This document shows positions 36,110 through 46,261 of a stretch of 64,000 nucleotides of DNA, piece by piece (position 1 is the stretch's first letter; every line of letters begins with the position of its first letter). Under the pieces are notes generated by a model. It had not been told where the DNA came from. It saw nothing but the letters and a program-made list of their open reading frames with translations, and made no database searches. Source of the stretch: Eubacteriales bacterium (GTDB lineage Bacteria > Bacillota > Clostridia > Oscillospirales > CAG-272); contig JAZRFK010000060.1 in assembly GCA_045661325.1 (NCBI GenBank), positions 258 through 64,257 of the forward strand, in the 5' to 3' direction. Made by a program: the position numbers and the translations under genes.

Positions 36110-37507
36110 ATGCCAAACGTACCTATTATTCCCGAAAGCATTACTGTGCATCTCGGACGGCCAATGGAGGCGGCACAAAACGTGACCGTTTCCTTTCCCG
36201 ATTACATCAAAAACGTGGCCTCAAGCGAAATTTATCCCACCTGGCCCGAAAGCGCCATAAGGGCCAACATATACGCGCAGATTTCCTATGCCTTAAACAG
36301 AGTTTATACCGAATTTTATCCTTCGCAGGGCTATGACTTTGACATTACCAGCTCCACAGCCTACGACCAATCCTTTGTGTACGGGCGAGAGATTTTTGAC
36401 AACGTTTCAAGGATAGTTGACGATATTTTTAACAGCTACGTGCGCCGTCAAGGCAGCGTTGCGCCCTTATTTACGGCCTATTGCGATGGCGTTGAGGTGA
36501 ACTGCGGCGGTCTTTCCCAATGGGGCTCCGTTTCCTTGGCGCGCGCGGGGCTTACGCCATTTGAGATTTTACAAAGCTATTACGGCGACGATATTGAGCT
36601 TGTGGAGGGGGCGCCTGTCGGCTCTTTGGATGACAGCGCGCCTGACGTTCCCTTACGGGTAGGGCAGGTGAATCCCAACGTTGAGCTTGTGCAAACGCGG
36701 CTCAATCGCATTTCGCGCAACTATCCCGCCATTCCCAAAATCGCCCCTGTAAACGCCGCCTTTGGCGTTTCAACCGAGGATGCGGTCAAGGCCTTTCAGC
36801 GCATTTTCGGCTTGACGGATGACGGTATTGTCGGGCCTGCGACCTGGTACCGTATTCTTTATGTATATAACGGTGTCAAGCGGCTATCCGAGTTGAATGC
36901 AGAGGGGCTTTCTCTTGACGAGGTTTCCTCCCAATATCCTTCCCAGCTTTCACTTGGCGACACGGGAAGCGGCGTTTTTTATTTGCAGTATTACTTATCC
37001 TACATCGCAGACTTCGTTCCCACCGTTTCCTCTGTTTCGGTCGATGGCACCTTCGGCGAAGAGACGGAGGCGGCCGTTCGCGCCTTTCAAACAACCTACG
37101 GCTTACAGCCCGATGGAGTTGTGGGTGAGCTGACCTGGAACGCCATTTACAACGTATATTCGGGTCTTGTTTCCTCCATACCTCTTTCCTATACCGAGGG
37201 CTTGACGATTCCCTTCCCGGGAACGCTGCTGACGCTTGGCGCACAGGGGGAGGACGTTCGTCTTTTGCAAGAATATCTGCGCTTTATATCCGAGGCCTAT
37301 CCGCAAATTCCCGCGCTGACGCCCGACGGCTTTTACGGAGAAGAAACGGAACGGGCGGTTACCGCCTTTCAGGATTTGTTCGGCATTGATTTGATAAGAG
37401 GCTCGGTCGGCGGCTTGACTTGGGAGGCTATTACCTCGGTGTACGATGACGTATATAACGGGCGCTTGGCGAGCGAGGGGCAATATCCCGGCGCTCCCAT
37501 TTCTTAA
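36110..37507 (+). CDS. spore cortex-lytic enzyme SleC-like catalytic region with three or four PG_binding_1 repeats
   Basis: IPESITVHLG...FPDYIKNVASSEIYPTWPESAIRANIYAQISYALNRVYTEFY..GYDFDITSSTAYDQSF parallels C. difficile SleC (from memory). Repeated ..DG.FG..T..AV..FQ...GL..DG.VG..TW motifs are peptidoglycan-binding domains. Confidence 0.7.
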   Translation: MPNVPIIPESITVHLGRPMEAAQNVTVSFPDYIKNVASSEIYPTWPESAIRANIYAQISYALNRVYTEFYPSQGYDFDITSSTAYDQSFVYGREIFDNVSRIVDDIFNSYVRRQGSVAPLFTAYCDGVEVNCGGLSQWGSVSLARAGLTPFEILQSYYGDDIELVEGAPVGSLDDSAPDVPLRVGQVNPNVELVQTRLNRISRNYPAIPKIAPVNAAFGVSTEDAVKAFQRIFGLTDDGIVGPATWYRILYVYNGVKRLSELNAEGLSLDEVSSQYPSQLSLGDTGSGVFYLQYYLSYIADFVPTVSSVSVDGTFGEETEAAVRAFQTTYGLQPDGVVGELTWNAIYNVYSGLVSSIPLSYTEGLTIPFPGTLLTLGAQGEDVRLLQEYLRFISEAYPQIPALTPDGFYGEETERAVTAFQDLFGIDLIRGSVGGLTWEAITSVYDDVYNGRLASEGQYPGAPIS

Positions 37508-37531
37508 AAAACTGGAAAGGGTGTGAAAAGT

Positions 37532-38038
37532 ATGTACGATATACGCGACAAAAAGGAGGCCGTTCGGCAAATTCAGCGCTTTTTGATTTCTTTTGCGGCG
37601 GCAGAGAGGAGTTTACCTTTATTGACTGTTGACGGCATCTATGGCGAAGAAACAAGAGAGGCCGTCAGGCACTTTCAAAGAGCCCAAGGCTTAACGGAAA
37701 CGGGCGTGACCGATTTGGAAACCTGGCAGCTGCTTTTTGCTGCTTACGAGCAAAACGAGGCGAATAGCGAGAGCGATCTTGTTCCTGAGGCGGCATTTCC
37801 CTTGCGAATGGGAGACTCGGGCAGCACCGTTTCGATTTTACAAACGGTGCTTGAAGAGCTTTTGAGCACGGGGCTTGCGGCAGATGGCTTTTTCGGCAGG
37901 CGAACGGAGGACGCCGTTCGCGCGCTTGAAAGACAGTACGGCGATGCGCCGACGGGCGTTGTGAGCAAATGGCTTTGGCGGCGCTTGGCGATAGCCTACA
38001 AGGAAAAGGCCTCGCGCCGTTTTAATCCTCTTCCTTGA
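37532..38038 (+). CDS. peptidoglycan-binding (PG_binding_1 x2) domain protein
   Basis: ORF 37523..38038. I prefer ATG 37532. Two copies of the VDG.(Y/F)G..T..AV..FQ motif. Confidence 0.65.
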   Translation: MYDIRDKKEAVRQIQRFLISFAAAERSLPLLTVDGIYGEETREAVRHFQRAQGLTETGVTDLETWQLLFAAYEQNEANSESDLVPEAAFPLRMGDSGSTVSILQTVLEELLSTGLAADGFFGRRTEDAVRALERQYGDAPTGVVSKWLWRRLAIAYKEKASRRFNPLP

Positions 38039-38123
38039 ATTTTTAAGACTTCCTTGTAAATATATCCGAAAAAGCGGCAATAATGAGGTCGGTGCCACTT
38101 GGGCGCCGAAAGGAGAGGTTTTT

Positions 38124-40589
38124 TTGGAACACCGTTTCACAAAGCGCGCCGAGGGCGCGCTGAACAACAGCTTGCAGTTAGCCTGCAATCTTGGACATAC
38201 TTACATCGGAAGCGAGCATTTGCTTTTGGCACTGATGAAGGAAAAGGAGAGCCTTGCCTCCTTCTTTTTGGAGGGACACGGGCTTTCGGAAAGAAAAATC
38301 AAAAGCGCCATTGCCGATTTTGCAGGCACGGGAACGCCGACAAAAATCACCGTCAAGGATATGACGCCGCGCACGCGCCGCATTATTGAGCTTTCGGGAA
38401 AATGCGCGCAGCGCTTCTCTTCCGCAACCATTGGAACAGAGCATATTCTGTTGGCGCTTTTGGGAGAGCGGGAATCGGTTGCCGTCAGGCTTTTGGTTTC
38501 TCTCGGAGTTGCCATTTCCGATTTGGAGGGAGAGCTTACCGCCTTTTTGGAGACGGCCGAGGGAACGGGAAAAAACGGTCGGAATACGAAAAAATACCTT
38601 TCTCCTTTATCGGCCGGCTCTGTTCTGTTAACCTACGGCAAGGATTTGACGCAGGCCGCCCTTGAGGGAAAGAATGATCCGCTTATCAACCGAGAAGGAG
38701 AGCTTGCGCGCGTTATTCAGATTTTATCGCGGCGCACCAAAAACAATCCCTGCCTCATCGGAGAGCCGGGCGTTGGAAAAAGCGCGATTGCAGAGGGCCT
38801 TGCGCTGAAAATAGCGCTTGATGAGGTTCCCGACAGCTTAAAGGGAAAGGCGCTTTTACAGCTTGACGTTTCCGCAATGATTGCAGGCGCCAAATACCGA
38901 GGCGAATTTGAGGACAGACTCAAAAGCGTTATCAAGGAGGCCTCGGAAAACAAAAAAATCATTTTGTTTATTGACGAAATTCATATGATAGTGGGCGCCG
39001 GCGCGGCAGAGGGGGCGGTGGACGCCGCCAACATTTTAAAGCCCGCTCTGGCGCGCGGAGAGTTACAGGTTCTTGGCGCCACCACCGTCAAGGAATACCG
39101 CCAGAAAATTGAAAAGGATTCGGCGCTTGAACGCCGCTTTCAGCCCGTTTCGGTTGCAGAGCCGACGGAGGCGGAATCCGTTTCTATTTTGAAGGGATTA
39201 AAGGAAAAATACGAGGCCCACCACCGCTTACACATTACGGACGAGGCCATTGAGGCGGCGGTGCGGCTTTCCTCCCGGTATATTTCCGACAGATTCTTAC
39301 CCGACAAGGCCATTGACCTGCTCGATGAGGCGGCCTCAAGCCTTCGGGTTTCCCAAAGCGCCCCCTCCGCTACTCTTTTGGCGCTTGAAAAGCAGCTCGC
39401 TGCCATTTCACAGCGCAAGCTTTTGGCTGTTAAGAGCCAAAATTTTGAAGAGGCAGCACAACTACGGGGAAAGGAGGGGGAGCTCAAAGCGCTATACGAG
39501 GAAGAGCGAAAGCAGGCGTCTGAGGCCTTGGCGAAGTCGGAGGGAACCGTGCTTCCCTCTCACATTGCCGAGGTGGTAACGCGGCACACGGGAATCCCGC
39601 TTTCTGCCCTTGAAAAAAGCGAAAGTGAAAGGCTTTATCTGCTTGAAGATGCCTTAAAGGCACGCGTTATCGGGCAGGACGAGGCTATCCATTTGGTTGC
39701 ACAGGCTATTCGCCGCACACGCTTGGGGCTTAAAAATCCAAGGCGGCCTATCGGCTCCTTTTTGTTTCTCGGCCCGACGGGTGTGGGCAAAACGGAGCTT
39801 TCCTTGACGCTTGCTTCTCTTTTGTTTGACAGAGAGGACGCACTGATTCGCCTTGATATGTCGGAATATATGGAGCGCCACAGCGTTTCGCGGCTTATCG
39901 GCTCGCCGCCCGGATACGTGGGCTACGAGGAGGGGGGACAGCTGACCGAGCTTGTCAGGCGGCGTCCCTATTCCGTTGTTTTGTTTGACGAAATCGAAAA
40001 GGCGCACCCCGACGTCTTTAACCTTCTTTTGCAGATAACGGAGGACGGCGCCTTGACGGACGCCCAGGGGCGCCGCGTTGATTTTGCCAATACGGTGATT
40101 ATTCTGACCTCAAACGTTGGCGCAGGAGCGTTTGCCGAGGGGCACGCGGTCGGCTTTGTTTCAGAGCCCACGCAAAAACGGGAGGAAGCGATGAAGGAGG
40201 CCTTAAAGGCAACCTTCCGACCCGAATTTCTCAACCGCTTAGACGAAATCGTGTATTTCTCGCCATTGAGCAAGGATGATCTTGAAAAAATAGCCGCCTT
40301 ACTTTTGGATGACCTGAAGGAACGCGCCAAGGAGGGCGGGATTTCTCTTTCCTTTGACCCATCAACTGCCGCACTTTTGGTGAAGGAGTCCAAGGATATT
40401 GCGTTATACGGTGCAAGACCTTTGCGGCGCACCCTGCGGCGTCTTGTTGAGGACGCCCTCTCTCTTGCGCTGCTTTCGGAAGAAATTACTGCTTCTCTGC
40501 CCATTTTTTGCGCCGTTGAGGGAGACTCCGTTCGATTTTTGCAGGGCGAGGACACCGACGCCTTTCTCTTGGAGCAAAAAGAGCAATAA
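38124..40589 (+). CDS. clpC: ATP-dependent Clp protease ATP-binding subunit ClpC
   Basis: Clp_N repeats ([10 protein letters not shown] / [10 protein letters not shown]). Two AAA+ modules ([18 protein letters not shown]). UVR-like linker ([12 protein letters not shown]). 821 aa with a TTG start. Confidence 0.9.
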   Translation: MEHRFTKRAEGALNNSLQLACNLGHTYIGSEHLLLALMKEKESLASFFLEGHGLSERKIKSAIADFAGTGTPTKITVKDMTPRTRRIIELSGKCAQRFSSATIGTEHILLALLGERESVAVRLLVSLGVAISDLEGELTAFLETAEGTGKNGRNTKKYLSPLSAGSVLLTYGKDLTQAALEGKNDPLINREGELARVIQILSRRTKNNPCLIGEPGVGKSAIAEGLALKIALDEVPDSLKGKALLQLDVSAMIAGAKYRGEFEDRLKSVIKEASENKKIILFIDEIHMIVGAGAAEGAVDAANILKPALARGELQVLGATTVKEYRQKIEKDSALERRFQPVSVAEPTEAESVSILKGLKEKYEAHHRLHITDEAIEAAVRLSSRYISDRFLPDKAIDLLDEAASSLRVSQSAPSATLLALEKQLAAISQRKLLAVKSQNFEEAAQLRGKEGELKALYEEERKQASEALAKSEGTVLPSHIAEVVTRHTGIPLSALEKSESERLYLLEDALKARVIGQDEAIHLVAQAIRRTRLGLKNPRRPIGSFLFLGPTGVGKTELSLTLASLLFDREDALIRLDMSEYMERHSVSRLIGSPPGYVGYEEGGQLTELVRRRPYSVVLFDEIEKAHPDVFNLLLQITEDGALTDAQGRRVDFANTVIILTSNVGAGAFAEGHAVGFVSEPTQKREEAMKEALKATFRPEFLNRLDEIVYFSPLSKDDLEKIAALLLDDLKERAKEGGISLSFDPSTAALLVKESKDIALYGARPLRRTLRRLVEDALSLALLSEEITASLPIFCAVEGDSVRFLQGEDTDAFLLEQKEQ

Positions 40590-40628
40590 ACGTCAAAAGG
40601 CGCAAAAGGGCAAACTTTCAGCAGACAC

Positions 40629-40657
40629 TTGACAAAAACCCATTTTTCGCGTATAAT
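40629..40657 (+). promoter_or_regulatory. consensus sigma-A promoter
   Basis: TTGACA (40629-40634), 17-nt spacer, TATAAT (40652-40657). Confidence 0.75.
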
Positions 40658-40690
40658 ATAAAAAAAGGAAAAAATGAGGAGGTTTTTATT

Positions 40691-40930
40691 ATGACGATTG
40701 GCGAAGGAATTTGCAAGGTACTGTATGCCGGTGTTGGCGTGATTGCCATTGGCGTTGAAACGGTTGCCGGTGCCTTTGACGGTTGGGCCGAAAAGGGCAA
40801 GACCGTTGTGGAAGAGGGCAAGGCAATGGTTAAGAATGCCATTGAGAAGTGCAAGGTTTCCGATGCGGATGCGCCTGCCGTAACCGTTGAAGAGGATAAC
40901 GGCGAAAACGCTCCCGTGGAAAACGCATAA
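40691..40930 (+). CDS. small hypothetical protein (79 aa)
   Basis: A consensus promoter and GAGGAGG RBS lie directly upstream. Hydrophobic/Gly-rich N-terminal half and acidic tail. No family recognised. Confidence 0.6.
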   Translation: MTIGEGICKVLYAGVGVIAIGVETVAGAFDGWAEKGKTVVEEGKAMVKNAIEKCKVSDADAPAVTVEEDNGENAPVENA

Positions 40931-40993
40931 ATCACTTGCATAGAAATGAAAAAAGGAAGCTTGTCGAACGACAGGCTTCCTTTTTTTCAGTTT

Positions 40994-41839
40994 TTAGCTC
41001 TTACAGTTCGTCTTTCCCCGATGGATAGGTGCTGCGGGGGGATTGAATTCGTTGACGGGAAAGGCCATACGCCGAAACATACGGCAGGGGTCCTCCTCGG
41101 TATGAGCGGGAGGACATTCCTTATCGGGAACGGCATACTCCGTTGCAGAAATCAAGAACTGTCCCGGGCGCTCCAAGCGCACCACCGAGAACATTCCAAC
41201 CGAAACCAGAAGGCGATTGCCAACTGTGGAAATCACGGTGGGTACACAGCCGCAAAACGCATCCGTGATGCAGGCGGGGAGCGTTTCCTCGTCAAGCTCC
41301 GTTTGTGCCATGCAGTCACAAGGCACCTCGGGGCAAGCAACGCGAACGTTTAAGATAATGGGGGCGACCGTTTCAACAACGGCAACGGGTGTCTTCTCTT
41401 CTCCGCTGCAAAGCACGGGAACGGGGCAAAAGGCATCCTCGCCCGAAGAACGAAATACGGTTGCGCTTCCTTCACCGCCGTACAGGATAACGCTCTTTTC
41501 CAAAACGATTAAGCCGAAAAATTCCTGCGTACGTCCTGCGGCAACGCAAGCCTCCAAGCGCAATCGAATATAGAAGCGAATGTTGATTTGGTAAAAGCCG
41601 TTATTAAAGGGGACAGCACCCACACTGATGGATGTACCCAAAATAGTGGCATCGGTCGCACGTACGATGGGAGAACGGTCAATCAGCTCCTGGCCTTCCG
41701 ACGTTAAATAAACGCCGACGTCCTCATAACAATCTCTATCACGGCAAGAGTCGAGAACTCGCATTGTATCAATGCAGACAGTTTCCCGATTGCCCGAGGC
41801 GCCATTCCCCTGGCCGCAGGAGCATCTGCTATCTGCCAT
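40994..41839 (-). CDS. Cys-rich conserved hypothetical protein
   Basis: 281 aa containing the motif CIDTMRVLDSCRDRDCYED, which I remember recurring in spore-forming Clostridia. Function unknown. Confidence 0.6.
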   Translation of the reverse strand: MADSRCSCGQGNGASGNRETVCIDTMRVLDSCRDRDCYEDVGVYLTSEGQELIDRSPIVRATDATILGTSISVGAVPFNNGFYQINIRFYIRLRLEACVAAGRTQEFFGLIVLEKSVILYGGEGSATVFRSSGEDAFCPVPVLCSGEEKTPVAVVETVAPIILNVRVACPEVPCDCMAQTELDEETLPACITDAFCGCVPTVISTVGNRLLVSVGMFSVVRLERPGQFLISATEYAVPDKECPPAHTEEDPCRMFRRMAFPVNEFNPPAAPIHRGKTNCKS

Positions 41840-41964
41840 GGTTCATTCCTTCCTTTCGCAAAAATTTGAGGGTTGAAGCAAAACCTCAAAAAAAATATTA
41901 TCGAGGCGTTACCACCTCGATAATATCTTATGCAAACAAAGGAATTATGTTATTGTCTTATCGT

Positions 41965-42369
41965 TTACATATAACCGCGCAGGCCTGCACAATCCTCAGG
42001 GTTAGCAGAAACCGTCATAATGCAGTTATAACCTGCAGAGGCAACCAGCCTATCCAGCTCCTTCACGAAAAGCTCAAAGGCAGCCAAATCGTCTCCACAA
42101 ATTTTAAGAGCGGAATCCACAAACAAATCGGTTATATCATGGTCACTTGCCGTGATACCTGCAATAAAGCCGTACAGAGCCTGACCGTCTTCGATCTTAT
42201 AGCTGCCGCAGTCAACCAAACGAGCCTTATGCGTTACGTCATAATTCAACTTGGAGCCACGCTCAATACAGATAACGGAGCCCTTGCTTTCGGCCGCTGC
42301 CTTGTTGACCATTTCAATCAAGGTTTTGGTTTTTCCGGTTCCTTTTACGCCGACAATTAATTTTAACAT
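41965..42369 (-). CDS. small P-loop NTPase, unknown function
   Basis: ORF trimmed to ATG 42369 (GAGGAGGATACACT upstream). Walker A GVKGTGKTKT is at the extreme N-terminus. 134 aa. Confidence 0.65.
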   Translation of the reverse strand: MLKLIVGVKGTGKTKTLIEMVNKAAAESKGSVICIERGSKLNYDVTHKARLVDCGSYKIEDGQALYGFIAGITASDHDITDLFVDSALKICGDDLAAFELFVKELDRLVASAGYNCIMTVSANPEDCAGLRGYM

Positions 42370-42453
42370 AGTGTATCCTCCTCGTGAATTTTGATTTCCA
42401 CCTATATGATACACTATTTTTTTGGAAATTTCAAGTACTTTTGCACAAAAAAA

Positions 42454-43800
42454 TCAATTTTTTTTCAATCTTTTTGTTAATTTTTCTTTTTCTTCCTCAT
42501 ATCCGGGCTTTCCAAGCAGGGCAAACATATTCTTTTTGTAGGATTCAACACCCGGCTGATTAAAGGGATTGACACCCAAAAGATAGCCCGATACGGCGCA
42601 GGCAAGCTCAAAGAAATAGATGAGGTAGCCAAGAGAGGTCTCGTTTCTCGCTTCAAGCTCCAAAAGAAGATTGGGCACGCCGCCGTCCTGATGGGCCAAA
42701 AGGGTTCCCTTCATAGCCTGCTCGTTTACGTAATCAAGCTCAAGACCCGTTAAGAAATTCAAGCCGTCCACGTTTTCAGCATCGTTGGGGATTTTAAAGC
42801 TGACACCGGACTGACCAACGGAAAGAACGGTCTCGAACAAAACGGGGGTTCCGTCCTGCACAAACTGACCGAGAGAATGCAAATCGGTGGAGAAAATAAC
42901 GGATCCGGGCAAAAGACCCTTCTTATCCTTTCCTTCGCTTTCACCGTACAGCTGCTTCCACCATTCGTTCATCATCTGCATATAAGGCTCGTAGCTAACC
43001 AGCATTTCAACGGCCTTACCGCTACGGTAAAAGAGATTGCGGTACGCCACATAACGCAATGCGGCGTTCTGCGCGAAGTCCTTATTCAAAAGCTCTGCTC
43101 TTGCCGAGGCGGCGCCTGCCATCAGGGCAGAAATGTCCACACCCGCAACGGCGATGGGCAAAAGGCCAACGGCGGTCAAAACGGAAAATCTGCCGCCAAC
43201 GTCATCCGGCACAACGAAGGTTTCGTAGCCGCGCTCGGTGGAAAACTGCTTCAAGGTTCCCTTGGCTTTGTCGGTGGTAACGAAGATGCGCTCTCTGGCG
43301 CCCTCTTTTCCGTATTTCTCCTCCAAGAAGCTGCGGAAGGCGCGGAAGGCCACAGCAGGCTCCGTGGTGGTACCCGACTTGCTGATAACGTTTACACAAA
43401 CGTCCTTACCCTCGCAAAGCGCAAAGACCTCCGCAAGAGAGGCGGCGCTGATGGTATTGCCTGCAAAATAGATGTCAGGCGTATCCTTTTTCAGATTGTT
43501 ATATAAGGGAGAGCGCAAAAACTCGATAACGGCACGGGCGCCAAGATAGGAGCCACCGATACCGATAACCACCAGAACGTCACAGCTTTTCTTAATTTTT
43601 TCTGCTGCGGTAAGGATGCGCGCAAACTCCTCCTTATCGTATGCAACGGGCAAATCCACCCAACCCAAGAAGTCGCTTCCCGCGCCCTCTCGGCTTGCCA
43701 AGACGTCATACGCAGACAACACCTCGGACTCTATTTTTTGCAACGCCTCGTCCGTCACAAAGGGCTTTGCAAAAGACTCATTTAACTTTAAAGTTCCCAT
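42454..43800 (-). CDS. pgi: glucose-6-phosphate isomerase
   Basis: ORF trimmed to ATG 43800 (GGAGGAAAG upstream). 448 aa. Motifs GIGGSYLG, SKSGTT.EP and GGR.SV are typical of Firmicute Pgi. Confidence 0.9.
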   Translation of the reverse strand: MGTLKLNESFAKPFVTDEALQKIESEVLSAYDVLASREGAGSDFLGWVDLPVAYDKEEFARILTAAEKIKKSCDVLVVIGIGGSYLGARAVIEFLRSPLYNNLKKDTPDIYFAGNTISAASLAEVFALCEGKDVCVNVISKSGTTTEPAVAFRAFRSFLEEKYGKEGARERIFVTTDKAKGTLKQFSTERGYETFVVPDDVGGRFSVLTAVGLLPIAVAGVDISALMAGAASARAELLNKDFAQNAALRYVAYRNLFYRSGKAVEMLVSYEPYMQMMNEWWKQLYGESEGKDKKGLLPGSVIFSTDLHSLGQFVQDGTPVLFETVLSVGQSGVSFKIPNDAENVDGLNFLTGLELDYVNEQAMKGTLLAHQDGGVPNLLLELEARNETSLGYLIYFFELACAVSGYLLGVNPFNQPGVESYKKNMFALLGKPGYEEEKEKLTKRLKKN

Positions 43801-43902
43801 ATTTTTTCTTTCCTCCGTAGTACAAAATACAAAGATATTATACCGATAATTCTCCAAAAAAGCAAGAGGTTTTAGGAAAAAATATGAAATATTATTAAAT
43901 TT

Positions 43903-45075
43903 TTAAATATGGCCGATAAAGCCCGAGAGCAACCGCATAAACACGTGGAAAAACGAGATTTTTTCGACGCTCTCCATGGCTAAAATTTTGCTTTCGCCAA
44001 CGATCTCGCCATCTGCGTAATAGGTGATTTGTCCGACGGTCTCACCCTTGGCAATGGGCGCCTTTAAGCTTTCGGGCAAGGTTATTTCACTCTTGACAGC
44101 GGAAAGCTTTTCCTTGGGCAAAGCAACGGCAATGCCCTCTGCGTGCAAGGGAAGATGGCTCTCTCTTCCGCCAACAACGGTAATGGGAGAAAGATTTTGC
44201 GCTTCTCTCTTGAAAAGGCCGTAATTCGCAAAGCCGTAATCCAAAAGCTTTTTGGCCTCCTCGTTGCGAATATCTCTGCTTTCCGCACCCATAATGACCG
44301 CAATCAGCGTCACCCCGTCTCTTTCTGCGGTGGCGCTGATGCAAAACTTGGCCTTGGCGGTAGATCCTGTTTTCAAGCCCGTTGCCCCCTTATAAAAGCG
44401 CACGAGGCGATTGGTGTTCGTTAAGGTAAATTCGCCGTTTCTTATCGTGTCCATCCACGTTGCGCTATATGTCAATATCTCCGGATAAGCAATCAAGGCG
44501 CGCGACATAAGGGCAATATCCTTGGCGCTGAGGAGATGATTTTCCGTAGTATCGTCCAAGCCGTTCGTGTTTTCAAAATGCGCCGTTTCCATACCAAGCT
44601 CCTTGGCTCTTTGGTTCATTTTGGCAACGAAGGCCTCCTCACTTCCCGAAATGTATTCAGCCAAGGCCAAGGCCGCGTCATTTGCCGAGGCGATGACAAC
44701 GCTTTTGACAAGATCCTCTACCGTCATTTGCTCGCCTGCCTCCAAATATATCTGCGATCCGCCCATAGAGGCGGCAAGCTCACTGACGGTGACAACGCTA
44801 TCCCACGCGATTTTGCCCTCCTTGATGGCTTCCATTACCAAAAGCAAGGTCATAACCTTCGTGACCGAGGCAGGTGGGAGCGCTTCGGTCTCGTTCTGGG
44901 CGAACAAAACCGTTCCCGTTTCTGCCTCCATCAAGATGGCCGAGGCGGCCGCAATTTCAAAGGCATTTGGCTTTTCCCCTTCATTTTCCGCTTCTAAGGC
45001 GAAGGAGGGTGAAACCAGGGAGCCAAGAAGCAAAAGGAGCGCTAAGCACAGAGATAAGAGCCGTTTTTTCATCAT
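43903..45075 (-). CDS. D-alanyl-D-alanine carboxypeptidase (PBP5/DacB-like, serine type)
   Basis: Signal peptide, SxxK (SVTKVM), SxN (SANDAA) and KTG (KTGST) motifs. Confidence 0.85.
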   Translation of the reverse strand: MMKKRLLSLCLALLLLLGSLVSPSFALEAENEGEKPNAFEIAAASAILMEAETGTVLFAQNETEALPPASVTKVMTLLLVMEAIKEGKIAWDSVVTVSELAASMGGSQIYLEAGEQMTVEDLVKSVVIASANDAALALAEYISGSEEAFVAKMNQRAKELGMETAHFENTNGLDDTTENHLLSAKDIALMSRALIAYPEILTYSATWMDTIRNGEFTLTNTNRLVRFYKGATGLKTGSTAKAKFCISATAERDGVTLIAVIMGAESRDIRNEEAKKLLDYGFANYGLFKREAQNLSPITVVGGRESHLPLHAEGIAVALPKEKLSAVKSEITLPESLKAPIAKGETVGQITYYADGEIVGESKILAMESVEKISFFHVFMRLLSGFIGHI

Positions 45076-45237
45076 AATCGTCTTCCTTCCTCATTCTCTT
45101 CCCTTTTCTTCGGCGCAAGGCGAAAACGAAGGGAAAGCTTTTTTACAATATATGGCTTTCTTCTTCACAATATGTATTCGTATCTTTATACAAAAAGAAA
45201 AGGAAGAGGCCCTCGGTTACCTCTTCCTCTTTTGCTT

Positions 45238-45272
45238 ATAAAAAAGAGCGAGAGCCGATTTTGGCTCTCGCA
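45238..45272 (-). terminator. rho-independent terminator after recR
   Basis: Minus strand: GCGAGAGCC aaaatc GGCTCTCGC followed by TCTTTTTT. Confidence 0.8.
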
Positions 45273-45279
45273 CATAATA

Positions 45280-45882
45280 TCAATTCATGGGGCGGCGACC
45301 TTCGATGGCACGATGCAACGTTACCTCGTCGGTATACTCCAAATCGCTTCCTACGGGCAAGCCGTACGCCAAGCGCGAAAGCTTCACCCCAAAGGGCTTG
45401 AGAAGGCGCGCCAGATAAGAGGCGGTTGCCTCTCCCTCAACGGTAGGGTTGGTGGCGATTAAGATTTCCTTTACCGTATCGTCCTCCAAGCGAGCAAACA
45501 GCTCCTTGATATGTAACTGCTCGGGCGAAATACCGTTCATAGGAGACAGAACACCGCCAAGCACGTGATACACGCCGCGATACTCGCGCACGCGCTCAAA
45601 GGCCATCACGTCCTTGGGGGTTTCCACAACGCAAATCATACTCTCATCCCTATCCACGTCGGCGCAAATCGGACAAAGTCCGTCAAGCGTCAGATTACAA
45701 CAGACAGGACAGGTATGTATATTGCTTTTGGACTCCAAAATGGCCTCGGCAAACGCGGCGGCATCCTCCTCGCTCATATTCAAGACAGCGAAGGCCAAGC
45801 GCGCGGCCGTTTTGCCTCCGATGCCCGGAAGCTTACGGAAGGACTCGATAAGCCGACTCAGCGGCAAGACGTACTCGGCCAT
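45280..45882 (-). CDS. recR: recombination protein RecR
   Basis: HhH motif LPGIGGKTAARLAF, a C4 zinc finger (CPVCCN...CPIC) and a Toprim domain. Confidence 0.95.
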   Translation of the reverse strand: MAEYVLPLSRLIESFRKLPGIGGKTAARLAFAVLNMSEEDAAAFAEAILESKSNIHTCPVCCNLTLDGLCPICADVDRDESMICVVETPKDVMAFERVREYRGVYHVLGGVLSPMNGISPEQLHIKELFARLEDDTVKEILIATNPTVEGEATASYLARLLKPFGVKLSRLAYGLPVGSDLEYTDEVTLHRAIEGRRPMN

Positions 45883-45884
45883 AA

Positions 45885-46238
45885 TCAGAACATCCCGGGC
45901 AGGTTAAACTGCCCCATTTGGCTCGAAAACTTGGACATTTCCTCCTCGGCCGTGGTATCAACCTTGCGAATAGCCTCATTGACAGCCGCAAGCACGATGT
46001 CGGAAAGGGTTTCTACATCATCGGGATCAACAATGTCGGGATCAATTTGCAGGGAAAGAATCTCTCTCTTTCCGTTAATTTTCACAGTAACAACACCGCC
46101 GCCTGCGGAGACCTCGTACTCTCTCGTTTCAAGCTCTGCCTGTGCGGCCGCCATATCCTCTTGCAGCTTTTGTGCCTGACGGATCATTCCCGCCATTCCT
46201 GCGGCACCGCCACCTTGGTTGGGGATTCTTACCTTCAT
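45885..46238 (-). CDS. ybaB: YbaB/EbfC family nucleoid-associated protein
   Basis: 117 aa, located between dnaX and recR. Typical MIRQAQKLQEDM...E..E helix. Confidence 0.9.
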   Translation of the reverse strand: MKVRIPNQGGGAAGMAGMIRQAQKLQEDMAAAQAELETREYEVSAGGGVVTVKINGKREILSLQIDPDIVDPDDVETLSDIVLAAVNEAIRKVDTTAEEEMSKFSSQMGQFNLPGMF

Positions 46239-46261
46239 AAAACAAACCTTCCTTTATTCCT

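Noticed and set aside
38039-38123. Expected CtsR operator (tandem GGTCAAA heptads) upstream of clpC.
   Set aside because: No GGTCAAA-type direct repeat is present in the 85 nt upstream, and no ctsR/mcsA/mcsB genes precede clpC here. No regulatory site is called.
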